From the NCBI RefSeq assembly GCF_006345805.1, contig NC_043007.1, positions 61,380,001 through 61,444,000 on the forward strand: 64,000 nt of DNA. The letters run 5' to 3'. A program made the position numbers and the translations under genes. The stretch comes from Octopus sinensis (lineage: Eukaryota). How positions within the stretch are numbered: position 1 is the first letter of the stretch; each line of letters starts with the position of its first letter. Shown here in pieces: positions 1 to 64,000 of the stretch. Under the pieces are notes generated by a model. It searched no databases. It was not told where the DNA came from and saw only the letters and a program-made list of their open reading frames with translations.

Positions 1-159
1 ACTAATATAAAATGTTAAATAAATTGATTAGCGAGTGAGCTAGATAAATGATCTTTCCTTTTTAAATGCTAATATCCCTTCAATAAAAGTGTAGATGACA
101 GACGTTTTATTCAAGGATAATCATCTTCTATGTATTATGATATTGGCTTCAAATCTTGA

Positions 160-353
160 CACAAGGTCAGCAGTTTCGGGGGAAGTGAGAAGTCGATTAC
201 ATCGATCCCAGTGCCCATCTGGTACTTATTTTATCAGCCCCGAAAGGACGAAAGGTAAATTTGATTTCAGCGGTATTTGAATTTAGAACGTAAGGATGGA
301 CGAAATGCTGCTAAACACTTTTCCCGTGCTAACGATTCTGCAAGCTCACTGCC
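160..353 (-). mobile_element. tRNA-derived SINE, family A (~200 bp)
   Basis: Reverse complement of the consensus gcggcgagctggcagaatcgttagcacg...gttctgagttcaaattcc...catcctttcggggtcgataaa seen at many positions in the window. Confidence 0.8.
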
Positions 354-406
354 TTTCCATATATTATAATATTTAACAACATTCCAATAAAAGTAACAAA
401 ATATAC

Positions 407-63517
<63,111 letters not shown>

Positions 63518-63565
63518 CTGAAAGATAAGGTTTGCACGAACACGAGATGAATTTGAAGATACCAT

Positions 63566-63584
63566 GTCACACACACACACACAT

Positions 63585-63650
<66 letters not shown>

Positions 63651-63700
63651 ACTTACACACACAATCACACAAACACACACACATGCACACGCACACATAC
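63566..63700. repeat. (CA)n microsatellite; similar tracts at 2520-2577 and 8369-8438
   Basis: Read directly. Confidence 0.97.
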
Positions 63701-64000
63701 ACACAGAGAAGATTTGGTCAACTCGTCACACTTTCATATGCTTGTCAACAAGAGTATATAAGACTAGAAATCTAAAATCGAAGAAAATTTCGACGGGAAA
63801 AATAAATTTACTTTAGCTTTGTATTGTAAAGTTTATAACGAGAGTCACACAACATATAAATGGATATGATGCGATGCACAGATTATACTGTTCACTGTGT
63901 TTATTTTCTTTTGGGGTTGGATAATGATTTGGCTGTTATTTCTAGTAGGTCGGGTGACCAAATAGAAGATCTCTCATTGGTTCATAATGCTTAATATTTA

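Overview
AT-rich, microsatellite- and SINE-dense animal genomic DNA. The repeat families resemble those of Octopus; this is an inference from recalled motifs, not a database hit. The main feature is the interior of one minus-strand gene: 22 symmetric phase-1/phase-1 exons (144-183 nt, mostly 168 nt) between positions 407 and 63517. All are open and each encodes one six-cysteine module C-x18-C-N-x-C-x-C-x3-G-x3-C-[TS]-x3-C (pacifastin-like, or the N-terminal half of a VWC domain) plus a Thr/Ser/Pro/Lys-rich linker. Together they give 3651 nt (1217 codons) if all are spliced in. No start or stop exon is visible, so the gene probably extends past both window ends. The array grew by tandem duplication of an exon+intron unit; seven young exons at a ~1.27 kb period lie at 39-47 kb. 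The putative reactive-site (P1) residue varies among modules (K, E, R, L, T, Q). The introns are enlarged by a Helitron with both termini, a stack of five Tx1/L1-type ORF1 copies (only one with ORF2), a Penelope element ending in a degenerate hammerhead ribozyme, mariner, hAT and CMC/Chapaev-like remnants, many SINEs and several foldbacks. One foldback is a perfect 167-bp-arm palindrome.
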